Shown: positions 13,891 through 27,734, counted from the first letter of the stretch. The stretch is DNA of 64,000 nt from Sphyrna mokarran (GCA_024679065.1 JAGIQG010000013.1:74276001-74340000), one strand, 5' to 3'. Notes: generated from the letters alone by a model not told the origin. Made by a program: numbers and translations.

Positions 13891-14599
13891 TATCTCACGG
13901 TTGTATAATCGCATATGTTAGGCTAAAGCCCATTTAATAATTAAAATGTTTTAACCCAATTTTGGATTTTGGATCATCCAATTAGACTTGAAGTATTTGT
14001 CCTCCATGCATTGCGATCTGAAGCACCTATTCTGAAAATGTTTCAGTGTTTCAGCATTTAGCATTAACATTTAGCAAAGGGAAACATGATCTGGCTAATA
14101 CCCTGTGCCAGGTGGATTTAGATATATCCCTAAATTACAACAGTGACTACACTTCAAAAATTATTCAATTGTCTGTAAAGCCTTTGGAACATCCTGAGGC
14201 GGTGACATGTTTTACTGAAATGCAAGTTCTTTTATTCTCCATACAATTGTCCCACAGCCATATTTTGGTCATTGGCTTATTGGTACATCACTGATATCAG
14301 ATAAAGTCCATGTCACAACCAAGGCAAAATAAAGCAAACAGAAGCTGCTTGTGGTCACCATTTAAAAGCCCTTTAAAATGGCAATTCTGAGCCTGTAATT
14401 GAGAGGGGACAACGAGACGTTTCTGGCACATGTTACCCATCTTCTGAGAATAAAAACAGCATTAGAAAAATCAAACAAGGGCAAATAATCTTGTAATGTC
14501 TACCTGGGGAGAGACACGCAAGACAGCCACTGGATGCTGCAAGACCAATATACTTAGCTAGTTTTCTCCACTCTTTTCTCTTCTTGAACACAATGTTGG

Positions 14600-15620
14600 G
14601 ATCTAGGCATGCAGATGCACAATCTGCTGAAGGTGGCAACTCAGGTGGACAAGGTGGCCAAGAAAGCTTATGGTATGCTGGCCTTTATCAGTTGGGGCGC
14701 CAAGTATAGGATTTAGAAAATCATGTTGCAGCTATTAAGACTTTGATTAGGCTGCGTTTGGAGTAGTGTGTCCAATTCTGGTGACCACATTATCAGAAGG
14801 ATGTTGGTGCATTGGGAAGGGTGCAGAAGTTGGAAAGGATGAGAAGGGATGTACTAGGATGTTGCTTGGTTTGGAGAATACAGACTATGGAGAAATGTTG
14901 AACATACTTGGATTATTTTCATTGGAGTGTCAGAGGATGAGGGGGGACCCGATAGAGGTTGACTAAATTATGACAGTCTTCGACAGAGTGGATAGTCAGA
15001 GTCTTTCTCCAACGATCAGTGAGTCAATTATTTGGGGGCATAGAATCCCTAAAGTGCAGAAGGAAGCCATTCAGCCCATCAAACCTGCACTAACAACATT
15101 CCCACTTAGACCCTACCCCCATAACCCCATGTATTTATCCTGCTGATCCTCTGACACTAAGGGGCAGTTTAACATGGCTACACATCTTTGGAGTTTGAGA
15201 GGAAACAGAACAGCCAGAGGAAACTCACGTAGACACGGGGAGAACGTGAAAACTCCATACAGACAATCACTCAAGGCAGGAATTGAACCTGGGTCCCAGG
15301 TGCTGTGAGGCAGCAGTGCTAACCACCATGCCACTGCACTGCCCTAAATTGAAAGCGAGGGGGGAAAATTTGAGAGAGATCCAAGGGGCAAGCTTTTTCA
15401 GAGGGTGATGAAATCCTGGAACGTGCTACTGGAAGAGTAGACGGAACAGATTCTATAACATTTAAGAAGCATTTGGATAGATGCAATAATAGGCAGGGAA
15501 TACAAGGGTATGGAGCACATAGAGGCTAGAAAAAATTAGATTAGAGAGGCATGTGTGTTGGCACAGACTTGGTGTGCCAAAGAGCCTGTTCCTTTTTTGT
15601 ACTGTTTTTTGTTCCCAGGG
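14600..15620 (+). mobile_element. Degenerate CR1 3' end interrupted by an HE1-like SINE (15040-15345, minus)
   Basis: LKV..QVDKV/LEYCVQFW-type CR1 ORF2 C-terminal remnants resume after the SINE. Confidence 0.75.
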
Positions 15621-16159
15621 GTACATCATATGGACATTATTTGCTCCTCTGGTACCTCATCCAAGCGTCCAATTTTCATATGAACCTGGCTGGAATGTCA
15701 GAAGGTTCTCTCACTGAGGCTACATCTCAGCCAAATCCAAACCTGCTCATATATGTCCAATGTCGATATATATTACCAGTGGGATTGTGATCAATGTAAA
15801 AACTCTGCCAATTCTTTCCCTCCCTCCATAACCCTAAAGGCACTACAACCCTATACTCCCACTGATTTTGACCAGCCACCTCAGAGGACTTTTCTAGTCC
15901 GCGTGGTTTGGCTGCTTACAACACAAATCTGCTAAGCCATCAAGGGAACTGTAATATCCAACAATTTCCCTATCACAGATGTTAAGCCAACTGGCCTGTG
16001 GTTTTTTTTTGCTTCCTGTTTCAATCCTTCACAGAGGCATTAAATTAATCAATGAGAATGTTTAAAATCTATTTCAGCATTCTAAAATATGAAGTAAAAT
16101 GTTATTAACTAGCATATTTCAATTTAATGTCTGCCAAATGACTAGGACTTGTGAAATTG

Positions 16160-17500
16160 GAAGTAATTTCAAAATTTCCAAAATTACACCAAATTGGGAG
16201 ATATAGTTAATACTGAAGACTGGAAAAAATACAAGACAGATGATATTAATAAACTTGTAGGAGCGTATAAATGACAAATAAATATGTTTTTTAGAATTTA
16301 TTTATTATTCTGAAGTAGTCTTAAATAGCACTGCAATGAAGTTACTGCGAGAGTCCTGTAATCGTCACAGTCTGGTGCCAGTTCTGAAGAACTTAGCATG
16401 GCTAATGCATCTAAGCAACACATCTTTCAGACTACGGGAGGAAACTGGAGCACTCGGAGGGCACCCGCACAGACATGAGAAGAAGATGCATACTCCACAA
16501 AGTGACCCAAACTAGAATCAAACCCAGGTCCCTGGCATTGTGAGGCAGCAGTGCTAACCACTATGCCACCCATTTGCAATGGGCATTTGGTAAATGACAA
16601 ATGAATTTCGCTACACATAATTCTGAGATGATGCATTTGGGTAGGAAGAATATGATGGAAATATTCTTCTTGAAAAGAAGCGTTGATACAGGGTAGAAAA
16701 GCAAAAGAATCCAGGAGGGCACAGAAATAAACAAATCATTTGAAGTAGCAACTTAAGTTACCAAGTTAATTAAAAAATGGAAGTTAAAAAAAAAACTAGG
16801 ATTCACTTCCAGAAAATAAAATTGAAAAGCATGGAAGTTATGTTAAATTTCTGTCAAACCTTGGCTAGACCCAAGCACAATTCTGGTCTCCACATTACAA
16901 AAAAGATGTAGAGGCACTGGAGTAGGCATACAACAGTTTCACAAGGATGAGACCAGAACTGAGGAGTTAATACTTACAGGAACGACTGAAGAGACTGGGA
17001 GTCTTAGAAAAGAGAAAGCTGAGTTCTTTAAAAGTATGAAGGGGTTTGACAGCATAAATATAGAGAAATTCTTTGCGTGTAGAATTCAAACCCATTCAAG
17101 ACAATCAGTAATGAGTCCAACAAGGAAGTCAGATGAAACCTCTTTACTTAGAGTGATTAGAATGCAGAAAGCATGGAGTCATTAAGAATCTCTACAGTGC
17201 AGGAGATCATTCTGCCCATCAACTTGGCACAGACTCTCTCTGACAGAATATCTTACCAAGGTCCTCCCTCCCACCCTATCCCACATTTGCCATGATTAAC
17301 CTACACATCTTGGGTCAGTAAGGGTCAATTTAGCATAGTTAATCCATCTAACCTCCACATCCTTGGACTCTAAGGAAGTACCCAGAGGAAACTCACACAG
17401 ATACAGGGAGAAATGCAAACTCCATACATAATCACTTAAGGCTGGAATTGAACCTTGGAATTCTGATGCAGCTATGCTAGCCTGTCCGCTACCCAAATAT
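16160..17500. mobile_element. Old CR1 fragment (+) with SINE insertions (16295-16572 and 17180-17495, both minus)
   Basis: CR1 remnant ttctggtctccacattacaaaaaagatgtagaggcactggag; SINE heads gaggcagcagtgctaaccac. Confidence 0.7.
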
Positions 17501-17564
17501 CATAGATGCAATTAAATGGAAGTTAGTTAAGTGCAAGATGGAGAAATGAGTACCATTAGATGAT

Positions 17565-19630
17565 AGAACATAAGAACTAGAAGCAGTAGTACAGCTTGCT
17601 CCTCAAGCTATTCAGTAAGATCATGGCTGATCTTTTTGTGGACTCAGCTCCACTTACCCGCCCGCTCACCATAACCCTTAATTTCTTTACTGTTCAAAAA
17701 TTTATTCTTGTCTTAAAAACATTCAATGAAGTAGCCCCTACTGTTTCACTGGGCACGAAATTCCACAGATTCACAACCCTTTGTGTGAAGAAGTTCCTCA
17801 TCAACTCAGTCCTAAATCTGTTCCCCTTATTTTGAGACTTTGCTCCTAGTTCTAATTTCACTCATCAGTGGAAAGAACTTCCCTACTTCTATCTTATCAA
17901 TTTCCTTCATAATCTTATTTTTTTAATAAGATTTCCCTTATTCTTTTGAATTCCAATGAGTATGGCCCCAGTGTACTTAGCCTCTCCTCATAAGCTAACA
18001 TTCTCAACTCCAGAATCAATCTAGTGAATCTCCTCTGCACTCCCTCCAGTGCCAGTCTATCCTTTATCAAGTAAAGAGACCAAAACTGTACACAGTACAC
18101 CAGATGTGGCCTCATCAGCACTATATACAGCTGCAATATAACCTCGCTGTTTTTAAATTCCATCCTTCTAACAATGAAGGACAAAATTCCATTTGCCTTC
18201 TTAATTACTTGCTGCACCTGCAAACCAACTCAAGATTCCTGCACAAGGTCCCTTTGCACAGTAGCATGCTGCAATTTTTTACCATTTAAATAGTCCATTT
18301 TGCTGTTATTCCTACCAAAATGGATGACCTCACATTTACCACACTGTACTCCATCTGCCAGACCCTCGCCCACTCAGACTCTCTATATCCCTTTGCAGAC
18401 TTTCAGCATCCTCTGCACACTTTGCTCTTTCACCCATCTTAGCATCATCTGCAAATTTTGACACATTATACTTGGTCCCCAACTCCAAATGATCTACGTA
18501 AATCATAAAGAATTGCAGCCCCAACACTGATCACTGAGGCATACCACTAATCACAGACTGCCAACCAGAAAAATACCCATTTAATCTCACTCTTTGTTTT
18601 TTTTAATTAGTTAACAATCCTCCATCCATGCTAATACATAACCATTCTGCTAACACCGTGCATCTTCATCTTATGTAGCAGTCTTTGGCAGCATTTTGTC
18701 AAATGCTTCTGGGAATCCAGAGACACCACATCCACAGGTTCCCCATTGTCCACTGCACTTGTAATATTCTCAAAGAATTCCACCAAATTAGTCAAACATG
18801 ACCTACCTTTCATGAACCCATTTGAGTCATACCAATGGGATAATTTATATCCAGATGACTCGCTATTTCTTTCTTGATGATAGATTCAAACATTTTTCCT
18901 ACTACAGAAGTTAAGCTAACCAGCCTATAGTTACCTGCCTTTTTTGTTTCTCCTTTTTTAAACAGTGGCGTCATATTTGCTGTTTCCCAATCTGCAGGAA
19001 TCACCCCAGAGTCCAGTGAATTTTGGTAAATTAGCAATAGTGCGTTTGCTATTTCTCCCGCCATCTCTTTTAGATGTTCCATCAAGACCACGAGACTTGT
19101 CTACCTTTAATCCCATTAACTTGCCCAACACTAACTCTTCCATGATAATGATAGTTTCTAAGTTCTCACCTGCCATAGTTTTCCTGCCACCAATTTTTGG
19201 ATGTTATTTGTGTCTTCCACTGTGAAGAACTGACACAAAATACCTGTTCAATCCTCAGCCATTTTCTCATTTCCAGTTTTTACATCCTTCTTCTCGTCTT
19301 CTAAAGGACCAATGTTTACTTTAGCCACTTTTTTTCATTTTATATATTTGTAGAAACTTTTGCTATCTGTTTTTATATTCTGAGCTAATTTATTCACATA
19401 ATCCATCTTATTTTATAGCTTTTTTTGTGGCTTTCTGCTGACCTTTAAAGATTTCTAGGTTGCCACTTTGTGTGCATTTTCTTTCAATTTGATACCCTCC
19501 TTTATTTCCTTAGCTATCCATGGCTTAGATATCCATCTTTTTTCTACAGTCCTTTCTTATCATTGGTATGTACTTTTGCTGAGCACTGTGAAAGATCACT
19601 TTCAAAGTCCTCCATTATTCCTCAATTGTC
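17565..19630 (-). mobile_element. Degenerate CR1 LINE ORF2 (RT region to 3' end)
   Basis: ORF fragments [36 protein letters not shown] and RPHLVYCVQFWS. Confidence 0.9.
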
Positions 19631-19766
19631 CCCCCTATAAAGGCGGATTAGGTGTACTAAGTGGGAAGAGACTCATCTGGATTACAACCATCAGTCATAC
19701 AGTCCAAATTCAACCACCAGTCAGATTGGCTAACATGCCTGTTTCTGTGCTGTAAACCACTATTTA

Positions 19767-20385
19767 GTACCCATGTAACTATCTAAATGCTTTTTAAAAG
19801 ATAAAATTATAGCCACACCTACTACTACCTCTGGCAAATTGTTCCAGAAGCTCACCACCCTCCGTGTGAAAAAAAATGCCCCTCTGGACACTTTTGTATC
19901 TCTCTCCTCTCACTTTAAACCTATGCCCTCTAGTTTTAGACCTTTAGGAAAGATATTGACTATCTAACTTGTCTATACCTCTCATTATTTTATAGACCTC
20001 TATAAAGTCACCCCTCAGCCTCCTATGCTCCAGAGAAGAAAACCCCAGTTTATTCAGCCTCTTCTTATAACTCAATCCATCAAGTCTTGGTAGCATCCTA
20101 GTAAATCTTTTCTGTATTCTTTCTCGTGTAATAATATCATTTCTATTATAGAGTGACCAGAATTGTACACAGTATTCCAAGTGTGGCCTTACCAGTGTCT
20201 TATATAACTTCAACAAGATGTCCCAACTCATGTATTCAATTTCTGACTGGTACGATGGGTATAGAGGGATATGAGCCAAATGCAGGCAATTGGGATTAGC
20301 TTAGGGGTTTAAAAAAAAGGATGGCATAGACAAGTTGGGCCGAAGGGCCTGTTTCCATGCTGTAAAGCTCTATGATTCTATGATT
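19767..20385. mobile_element. CR1 3' end with inverted 5' part (19767-20248 minus; 20249-20385 plus)
   Basis: The minus segment encodes LYKTLVRPHLEYCVQFWS. The plus segment is its apparent continuation and ends in a ctatgattctatga tail. Confidence 0.8.
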
Positions 20386-20495
20386 ATCTTAACAAGCATG
20401 GAAATAAAATGTTTGCTGCTTTATATAACAGAAAGGAATCCCAGTAATAAATTATTTATTGGAATAAAAAGCTATAGCTGATTGTACTTACTCAC

Positions 20496-20563
20496 CTTTC
20501 GTGTTCATACACCTTCTGATATCCTTCAAAGCACTTGGCACTTGAAACTTGAGTCAGGGCCAT
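20496..20563 (-). CDS. ESD: Esterase D / S-formylglutathione hydrolase, first coding exon (68 nt coding; exon starts at 20571)
   Basis: Minus strand reads ttttattag|tgacaaaaATG GCC CTG ACT CAA... = MALTQVSSAKCFEGYQKVYEHE(S), then donor AAG|gtgagt. Matches the ESD N-terminus (human [23 protein letters not shown]). Not in the ORF track. Confidence 0.95.
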
Positions 20564-21779
20564 TTTTGTCACTAATAAAACAAATATTTTTTGAAATAAA
20601 GTCAGCTAAACTTTTACACAAATATAAATGCAACTTACACAATGACAATGTGTTAAGATTCAACTGGTAGCACTTTCAGCCCTGGTGAGAGGTGTTTGTG
20701 TGTGTATGACAAAATCATTTGAAAGAAAGTAGTATGTGGTTCAGATAAATGTTCCAAACCTCAGGGCAATACCTGATGGCAACATTCAACCATAAAGAAC
20801 AAAAGTGTTTCATAACCTCAAAAACCCCCAAAGTGTTTTATAGCAAGTAGGACCATTAACCAACACCATCAGTAGTCAGAGTTACAGGTTAGTCCTCCTT
20901 GTTTGTGTGTTTCTTTCACTTGAAACAGCGCTTAGACTGGAGAAGGGTTGCATGTGGTATTCTATAGTGCTGAATCCACATTAAAAAAGAACAAATATAT
21001 GAATTGGACTTGGACACTGCTAATAGAATCACAAACATGTACAGAAAATTTGACAAACAAGACCATGTTGCAAAAGAATTCTGGAAAACACACACATTAG
21101 TGAAATGCAAATACTGAAATGAGAATGGCAAATGCTGGAAATATTCAGCAAGACAGGCAGTATAATATAGTTATATTATATCACTCTATAATATAATATA
21201 ATCTGTAAAGAAAGAAAAACAAATTTAACACAAATTATCTTCCATCAGAACTGAGAAAAGTTAAAAAGGTTTTAAGCAAGTGAAAAATGGGGGGGTGGGG
21301 GGGGGGGGGGGTGGTGATGGTAAAAGAACAAAAAGAACAGTCAACACGTTGGTGGAACACAGGAGAGAAAAAAAATAGATAACATGTTGGTGGTGTAAGA
21401 CACAGGACATGGTAATAGAACAAGTAAAGAAACAAGGGATATGTCTAAAGGAGGTAAAAATGACATAATCATTTGAAAGGAAATAGAAAAAAAAAGTAGC
21501 ATCCCAACCAGTAACAAAAAAAAACAGAAAATGGGGACAGAGATTATGACTGAAATTGGAAAGCTGGAAGTGCCTCACTGAAAGATTAGGTGTTTTTCAC
21601 TCAGTGAAACACTGCAGAAAGCAGAGAATAGAAAGGTTAGATCAGGAGCAACAATTAAAACAGCAGGCAGGCAAGTGGAAAATCAGGGCCAGACTGATTA
21701 AAGTTGCTCCAAAGCAACCAACCACCCAACCTGCATTTGATCTCCCGAGTTAATATAGCAGAACACATTGCTACTACAA

Positions 21780-22174
21780 AAGGTTGTGAACGTAACCCAG
21801 TCCATCATGCAAATCTGCCATCCATTGACTCAGTCTACACTTCCCACTGCCTTGGAAAAGCAGCCAGCATAACCAAGGATCCACATACCCTGGATATTCT
21901 CTCTTCCGTCAAGAAAAAGATACAAAATTCTGAGAACACGTGCCAATTTAACGAAGAACAGCTTCTTCCCTGCTGCCATCAGACTTTTGAATAGATCTGT
22001 TGTATATCGAGTTGCTCTTTCTCTTCATCCTATCTGTAACTGCAACACTATATTCTGCATCTTCTTTCCTTATCTCCAATGTTCTTTATGAATGGCATGT
22101 TTTTGTTTTTATTGCGTGCAAGTAACAATATTTTTCACTGTATCCCCATACATGTGACAATAATAAATCAAATC
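21780..22174 (+). mobile_element. Rex1/Babar-like LINE 3' end
   Basis: LPSIDSVYTSHCLGKAASITKDP and aacagcttcttccctgctgccatcagac, ending in aataaatcaaatc. A related tail lies at 29090-29228. Confidence 0.7.
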
Positions 22175-22185
22175 GTGATTTGATT

Positions 22186-24766
22186 AGATTAGGGCTGAGA
22201 TTAGAAACAGGAGAGGAGAGGTCACCCTGTTGGGAGTCTTTTATAGACCTCCTAAAAGTTCTAGAGAGGTAGAGGAAAGGATTGCAAAGTCGATCCTGGA
22301 CAGGAGTGAAAGTAATAGGGTAATTGTTATGGGGGACTTTAACTTTACTAATATTGATTGGAATAGCTATAGCTCTAGCTCGTTAGAGGGGTCAGTTTTT
22401 GTACAAAGTGTGCAGGAAGGTTTTTTGACTCAGTATGTAGATAGGCCAACTAGAGGTGAGGCTACATTGGATTTGGTGCTGGGCAATGAGCCAGACCAGG
22501 TGTTAGGCTTGGAAGTTGGTGAACATTTTGGTGATAGTGACCACAATTCGGTTACGTTCACTTTAGTGATGGATAGGGATAGGCATGAAGCTGGGGGCAG
22601 TAGTTATAGCTGAGGGAATGGTAATTATGAGGCCATAAGGAGGGAATTAGGGTGCATAGGTTGGACTAGGAAACTACAGGGACTGGGAACATCTGAAATG
22701 TGGAGCTTATTCAAGGAGCAGCTGCTGCGAGTCCTTGATAAGTATGTCCCTGTCAGGCAAGGAGGAAATGGTCGAGTAAGGGAACCTTGGTGTACGAAAA
22801 AAGTTGATTCGCTGGTTAAAAGGAAAAAGGAGGCTTATGTCAGGATGAGGCTTGAAGGCTCGGTTAGTGCAATGGATGGCTATAGATTAGCCAGGAGGGA
22901 GCTAAAGAGTGAATTGAGGAGAGCTAAGAGGGGACATGAGAAGACTTTGGCTGATAGGATTAAGGAGAATCCTAAAGCTTTCTTTAGATATGTTAAGAGT
23001 AGAAGATTGGTTAGGGCAAGATTAGGGCCAGTCATAGACAGCAGTGGGAAGTTGTGCGTGGAGCCTGAAGAGATTGGAGAGGCACTGAATAAATATTTCT
23101 CTTCGGTATTCACGCAGGGAGATGTAAATGTAGTTGTGGAGAACACTGAGGTACAGGGTTACAAACTGGAAAGTATTGAAGTAGATAGGGAGGATGTGCT
23201 AGATATTCGAGGGTTTGAAGTTAGATAAGTCCCCTGGGCCAGATGGGATTTACCCTAGGATTCTCTGGGAGGCAAGAGAGGTGATTGCAGAGCCTCTGGC
23301 TCTGACCTTCAGGTCGTCGTTGGTTATGGGTGTAGTTCCGGAAGACTGGAGGATAGCGAACGTGGTCCCATTGTTCAAGAAGGGGAAGAGAGACTTTCCA
23401 GGGAATTATAGGCCAGTGAGTCTTACTTCTGTTGTGGGTAAAGTATTGGAGAGAATTATTAGGGATAGGATTTAGTTATTTAGAGAGAAATGAATTGATT
23501 GGGGATAGTCAGCATGGTTTTGTGAAGGGTAGGTCGTGCCTTACTAACCTCATTGAGTTTTTTGAAAAAGTGACCAAGAGGTGGATGGGGGTAAGGCGGT
23601 TGATGTGGTATATATGGACTTTAGTAAGGCGTTTGATAAGGTGGCCCATGGAAGACTTCTGCAGAAAATGCAGATGTATGGGATAGAGGGTGATTTAGCT
23701 AATTGGATTAGGAATTGGCTCGCAGATAGAAGACAGAGGGTGGTGGTTGATGGGAGATATTCATCGTGGAGTTCGGTGACAAGTGGTGTACCTCAGGGGT
23801 CTGTTTTGGGGCCCCTGCTGTTTGTAATTTTTATAAATGATCTGGATGAGGGTATTGAAGGATGGATTAGTAAATTTGCAGATGACACTAAAGTCGGTGG
23901 AGTGGTAGATAGTGAAGAGGGGTGTTATAGTTTGCAGAGGGACTTGGACAAGTTGCAGAGCTGGGCCGAGAGGTGGCAAATGGAGTTTAATGTGGAAAAG
24001 TGTGAGGTAATGCACTTTGGCAGGAATAAAAATGTGTAGAGTATAGGGCTAATGGTAGGATTCTTAATAGTGTTGATGAACAGAGGGATCTTGGTGTATT
24101 TGTGCATAGATCCCTGAAAGTAGGCAGTCAAGTCGATAAGGTTGTTAAGAAGGCATATGGAGTCTTAGCTTTTATTGGTAGGGGGATTGAATTTCGGAGC
24201 CGCAACGTCATGTTGCAACTGTACAAAACTCTAGTGCGGCCGCACTTGGAGTATTGTGTGCAGTTCTGGTCCCCACATTATAAGAAAGATGTGGAGGCAT
24301 TGGAGAGGGTACAGAGGAGGTTTACCAGGATGTTGCCTGGTATGGAGGGCAGGTCTTATGAAGAGAGGCTGAGGGATTTGAGGTTGTTTTCGTTAGAAAG
24401 AAGGCGGCTAAGAGGAGACCTTATTGAAACATATAAGATGATTAGAGGTTTAGATAGGGTGGACAGTGATAGCCTTTTTCCTAGGATGGAGAAAGCTAGC
24501 ACGAGGGGACACAGCTTTAAATTAAGGGGTGATAGTTATAGGACGGATATCAGAGGTAGGTTCTTTACCCAGAGGGTGGTTAGGGAGTGGAATGCCCTGC
24601 CTGCGGCAGTTGTAGATGCGCCAAGTTTGGTGGCGTTTAAGAGATTAGTTGATAAGTTTATGGAAGAGAAGGGAATGGTTTAGTTTGGAGGGTCATTGCT
24701 TTTTTCATAATTGGTCGGTGCAACATCGAAGGCCGAAGGGCCTGTTCTGCGCTGTAATGTTCTAAG
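22186..24766 (+). mobile_element. Young 5'-truncated CR1 LINE (APE endonuclease C-terminal part, RT, 3' UTR) with a few stops and frameshifts
   Basis: GVFYRPP, MGDFNF, LDLVL, DSDHN (endonuclease); [37 protein letters not shown] (RT); tail ggccgaagggcctgttctgcgctgtaatgttcta. Confidence 0.97.
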
Positions 24767-25519
24767 TAAAGCGTACTAAATTGAAAGTACATGAATCATT
24801 GTTTCATCAGGAAGTACACAGGGGTTTGGAGAGTGAAGGAAGGGTATAAAAGGGTAAGATGTACTATGTCCTGCATTTTGTATGGAAAGGTGCTATGGGA
24901 AAGAGTGGGAATTACAAAGGAGTGGATTAGGCTGCCATGAAGAAACCTTGGAATCTTGAAGGAGCAGGGCTGACTTTTATGAATGGCAGAAATGACTGAA
25001 AAAACTCATATCTTTCAATTCCTGATATTTATTTTGGTTAAATAAAAGCAAAATACTGCAGACATTGGAAATCTAAAATAAAAATAAAAAATGATGGATA
25101 AACAGAGTTCAAATTACCATTGTACAGAACTGAAGAGGGATAGAAATGTCATGAATTATATAGCTGGAGAGGTGGGACAGAATCTCAAGAACGAATTCAC
25201 AACTTTCCAATCAACTCAAATTCAAAGCAATCAATTGCACCTTAAACTACACTCACCTATCCTGTCACCTGGCTCCTTCGTTGAGTTTGCATCAAATACA
25301 CCAATGAGGGGGAAAGTTGCCAACATTGGTTGGACATATTTGGTATCACGTGATCCAACATCAACCATCCCACCTCTGCTATATATATTTGCTGGAAAGC
25401 AAATATCCTTTATTATCTGACTGAGACAAAAGTTTATCTAAATCGCCTTTCACTGCCAGTATTTTTATAACACACAAATGGAAATGCTCACAGAAAGTGA
25501 AAATGTAGCAATTTATTAT

Positions 25520-27600
25520 AATATCCCAATAATGTCTTAGTAATGGTGACCATGAAAGCGTTATTGATTGTGATAGACATTCATCTAGTTCACTAATGCC
25601 CTTTAGGAGGAAATCTGCTATCTTTACCTGGTCTGGCCCAAATGTGACACCAGATCCACAACAACGCGGTTGACCCTGAAATCCCATTAAAATGGCCAAG
25701 CAAGCCACTCGGTTGTATCAAACCAATAATGAAACCAGACAGATGACTGACAATCAAAATGATAACAGCAAACCCAGCTCTGTCAACCCTGCAAAGTCTT
25801 CCTTACTAACATCTAGGGGATTTTGCCACAATTGGGAGAGCTGTCCTAAGATTAGTCAAAGAAAAGCCTGACGTAGTTATAATCATACCTTCCGGACAAT
25901 GTCCCAGACATCATCATCACCATCCCTGATTTTGTCTTGTCTCATTAGTAGGACAGATCCAGCAGAGGTGGCGGCACAATGGTATACCACCAGGAAGGAG
26001 AAGCCCTAGGAGTCCGCAACATTAATACAAGAACCCTTCAAGTCTCAACACACCAAGTCAAACACGGGCAAGAAAAACCTCTTACTCATTATAACATACC
26101 TCCCACATCAGTTAATGAATCAGTACACTCCTATGTTGAACACTTGGAGGAATGATTGAGGGTGGCAATGGTGCAAAATGCATTTTCAATGGGGAGTTCA
26201 ATGTCCATCATGAAGAATGATTCAGTAGCACCGTTACTGGCCAGGTCCTAAAGGTATACTGCTAGAATGGGAATACAGCAAGCTGCGAGAACCAACAAGG
26301 GAAGACATATTTGACCTCATCCTCATCAAGCTGTCGCAAATGCATCTGTCCAAGATGGTATCAGTATTATGATCACTGCACAATCCTTGTGGAGACAAAG
26401 TTCCATTTTCACATTGACAATACTATCCAACATGTTAATTGGGATAAACTTCGTACAGATCTAGCAATTCGAGACTGGGTGTCCACGAGGCACTGTGGGC
26501 CATCAATAGCAGCAAAATTGTATTCAATCACAATCTGTAATTTCATAACCCAGCTTATCCCTCAGTCTACTATTACCACCAAATCAAGGGATCAATCTTG
26601 TTCAATGAAGAGTGAAGGAGAACATGCCAGAAGCAACATGAGGCACACCTAAAGATAGCGTCAACCTGGCAAGCTACAATACAGGACTACTTGCATGCCA
26701 ACTACCATAAGCAGCAAGTAATAGACAGAGCTAAGGGATCCCATAGCCAACAGATCAGACCTAACTTCCAAAGTCCTGTCACATCCAGCCACGAGCAATG
26801 GTGGAAGTTCCACAAATATCCCCATCCTAATTGATGGAGATGCCCAGCACATCTGTGCAAAATATAATACTGAACCATTCACAACAAATTTCAGCCTAGT
26901 AAATAATCTCAAGCTTCTCCCTGGGTACCCAGCATCACAGATCAATCTCCAGCCAATCTTATTCACTCCATGTAAGTTGGGTAGAAGGGCCTATTTCCAT
27001 GCTGTAAACCTCTATGACTTTACGTGATATTGATAAACAATGGAAGGCACTGGATAGTACATAGGCAACGGGCCCTATGTTGGCAAGAATACTGAAGATC
27101 GTGCTCTAGAACACGCCACATCACTAGACAAGTTGTCCTAGTACAATTACAACATTGGCATCTACCTGGCAATGTAGAAAATTGCCCATTATATTTTGTG
27201 CATTAGAAACAGGAAAAATCAAACAGGCCAATTAACACCCCATTGTCTGCTCTCAATCAGCAGTAAAGTGATGGATGATGTCACTGACAGTGTTATCAAG
27301 CAGCAGTTACTTAGCAATAACCTGTTCTCTGACACAGTTAGTGCTCACCAGAGTCACTTGGCTCTTGACCCCTTTACAACCTTGTTCCAAATATGGACAA
27401 AAGAGCTGAATTCTAAAGGGGAGTGAGAGTGATTGCTCTTGACATCAAGACTGGATTTGGCCAAGTACAGCACCATGGAGTCCTTGGAAAACTGGAATGT
27501 GGGGGTGGGGGAACTCTCCACTGGTTGGAGTCAAACCTAGCACAAAAGATGATGATTGCACTTGTTGGAGGTCAAACATGTGACTCCCAGGACACCAGGC
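25520..27600 (+). mobile_element. Old non-LTR retrotransposon (APE + RT, CR1/L2 group), heavily decayed
   Basis: Remnants GEFNVHH (ggggagttcaatgtccatcat), DHCTILVE, LLSISSKVM and ALDIKTGFGQVQHHG. Confidence 0.7.
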
Positions 27601-27734
27601 AGGAGTCTTTCAACTCTTTGTCAATTAGCTTCCAATCACAAGGTCATCCTCAGAAATCTTTCCTCAGTAGCAGAGGCACCAAGTAATGAACCAGGGTCAG
27701 AGTGCAGACATTACTCAGACCCTCCTCCCATATC

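Larger units (their letters stand above)
21105..25170 (-). mobile_element. Degenerate Penelope-like element (pLTR, GIY-YIG remnant, second pLTR) split by two LINE insertions
   Basis: pLTR-like aatgctggaaatattcagc (~21130) and aaatactgcagacattggaaatct (~25050). GIY-YIG remnant 'EIKCRLG' at ~21730 continues at 24767 (actaaattgaaagtac...). Confidence 0.6.

Noticed and set aside
22230-24683. Endonuclease and reverse transcriptase ORFs as a host gene or retron-like system
   Set aside because: Standard CR1 ORF2, 5'-truncated and frameshifted, with near-identical copies elsewhere in the window.
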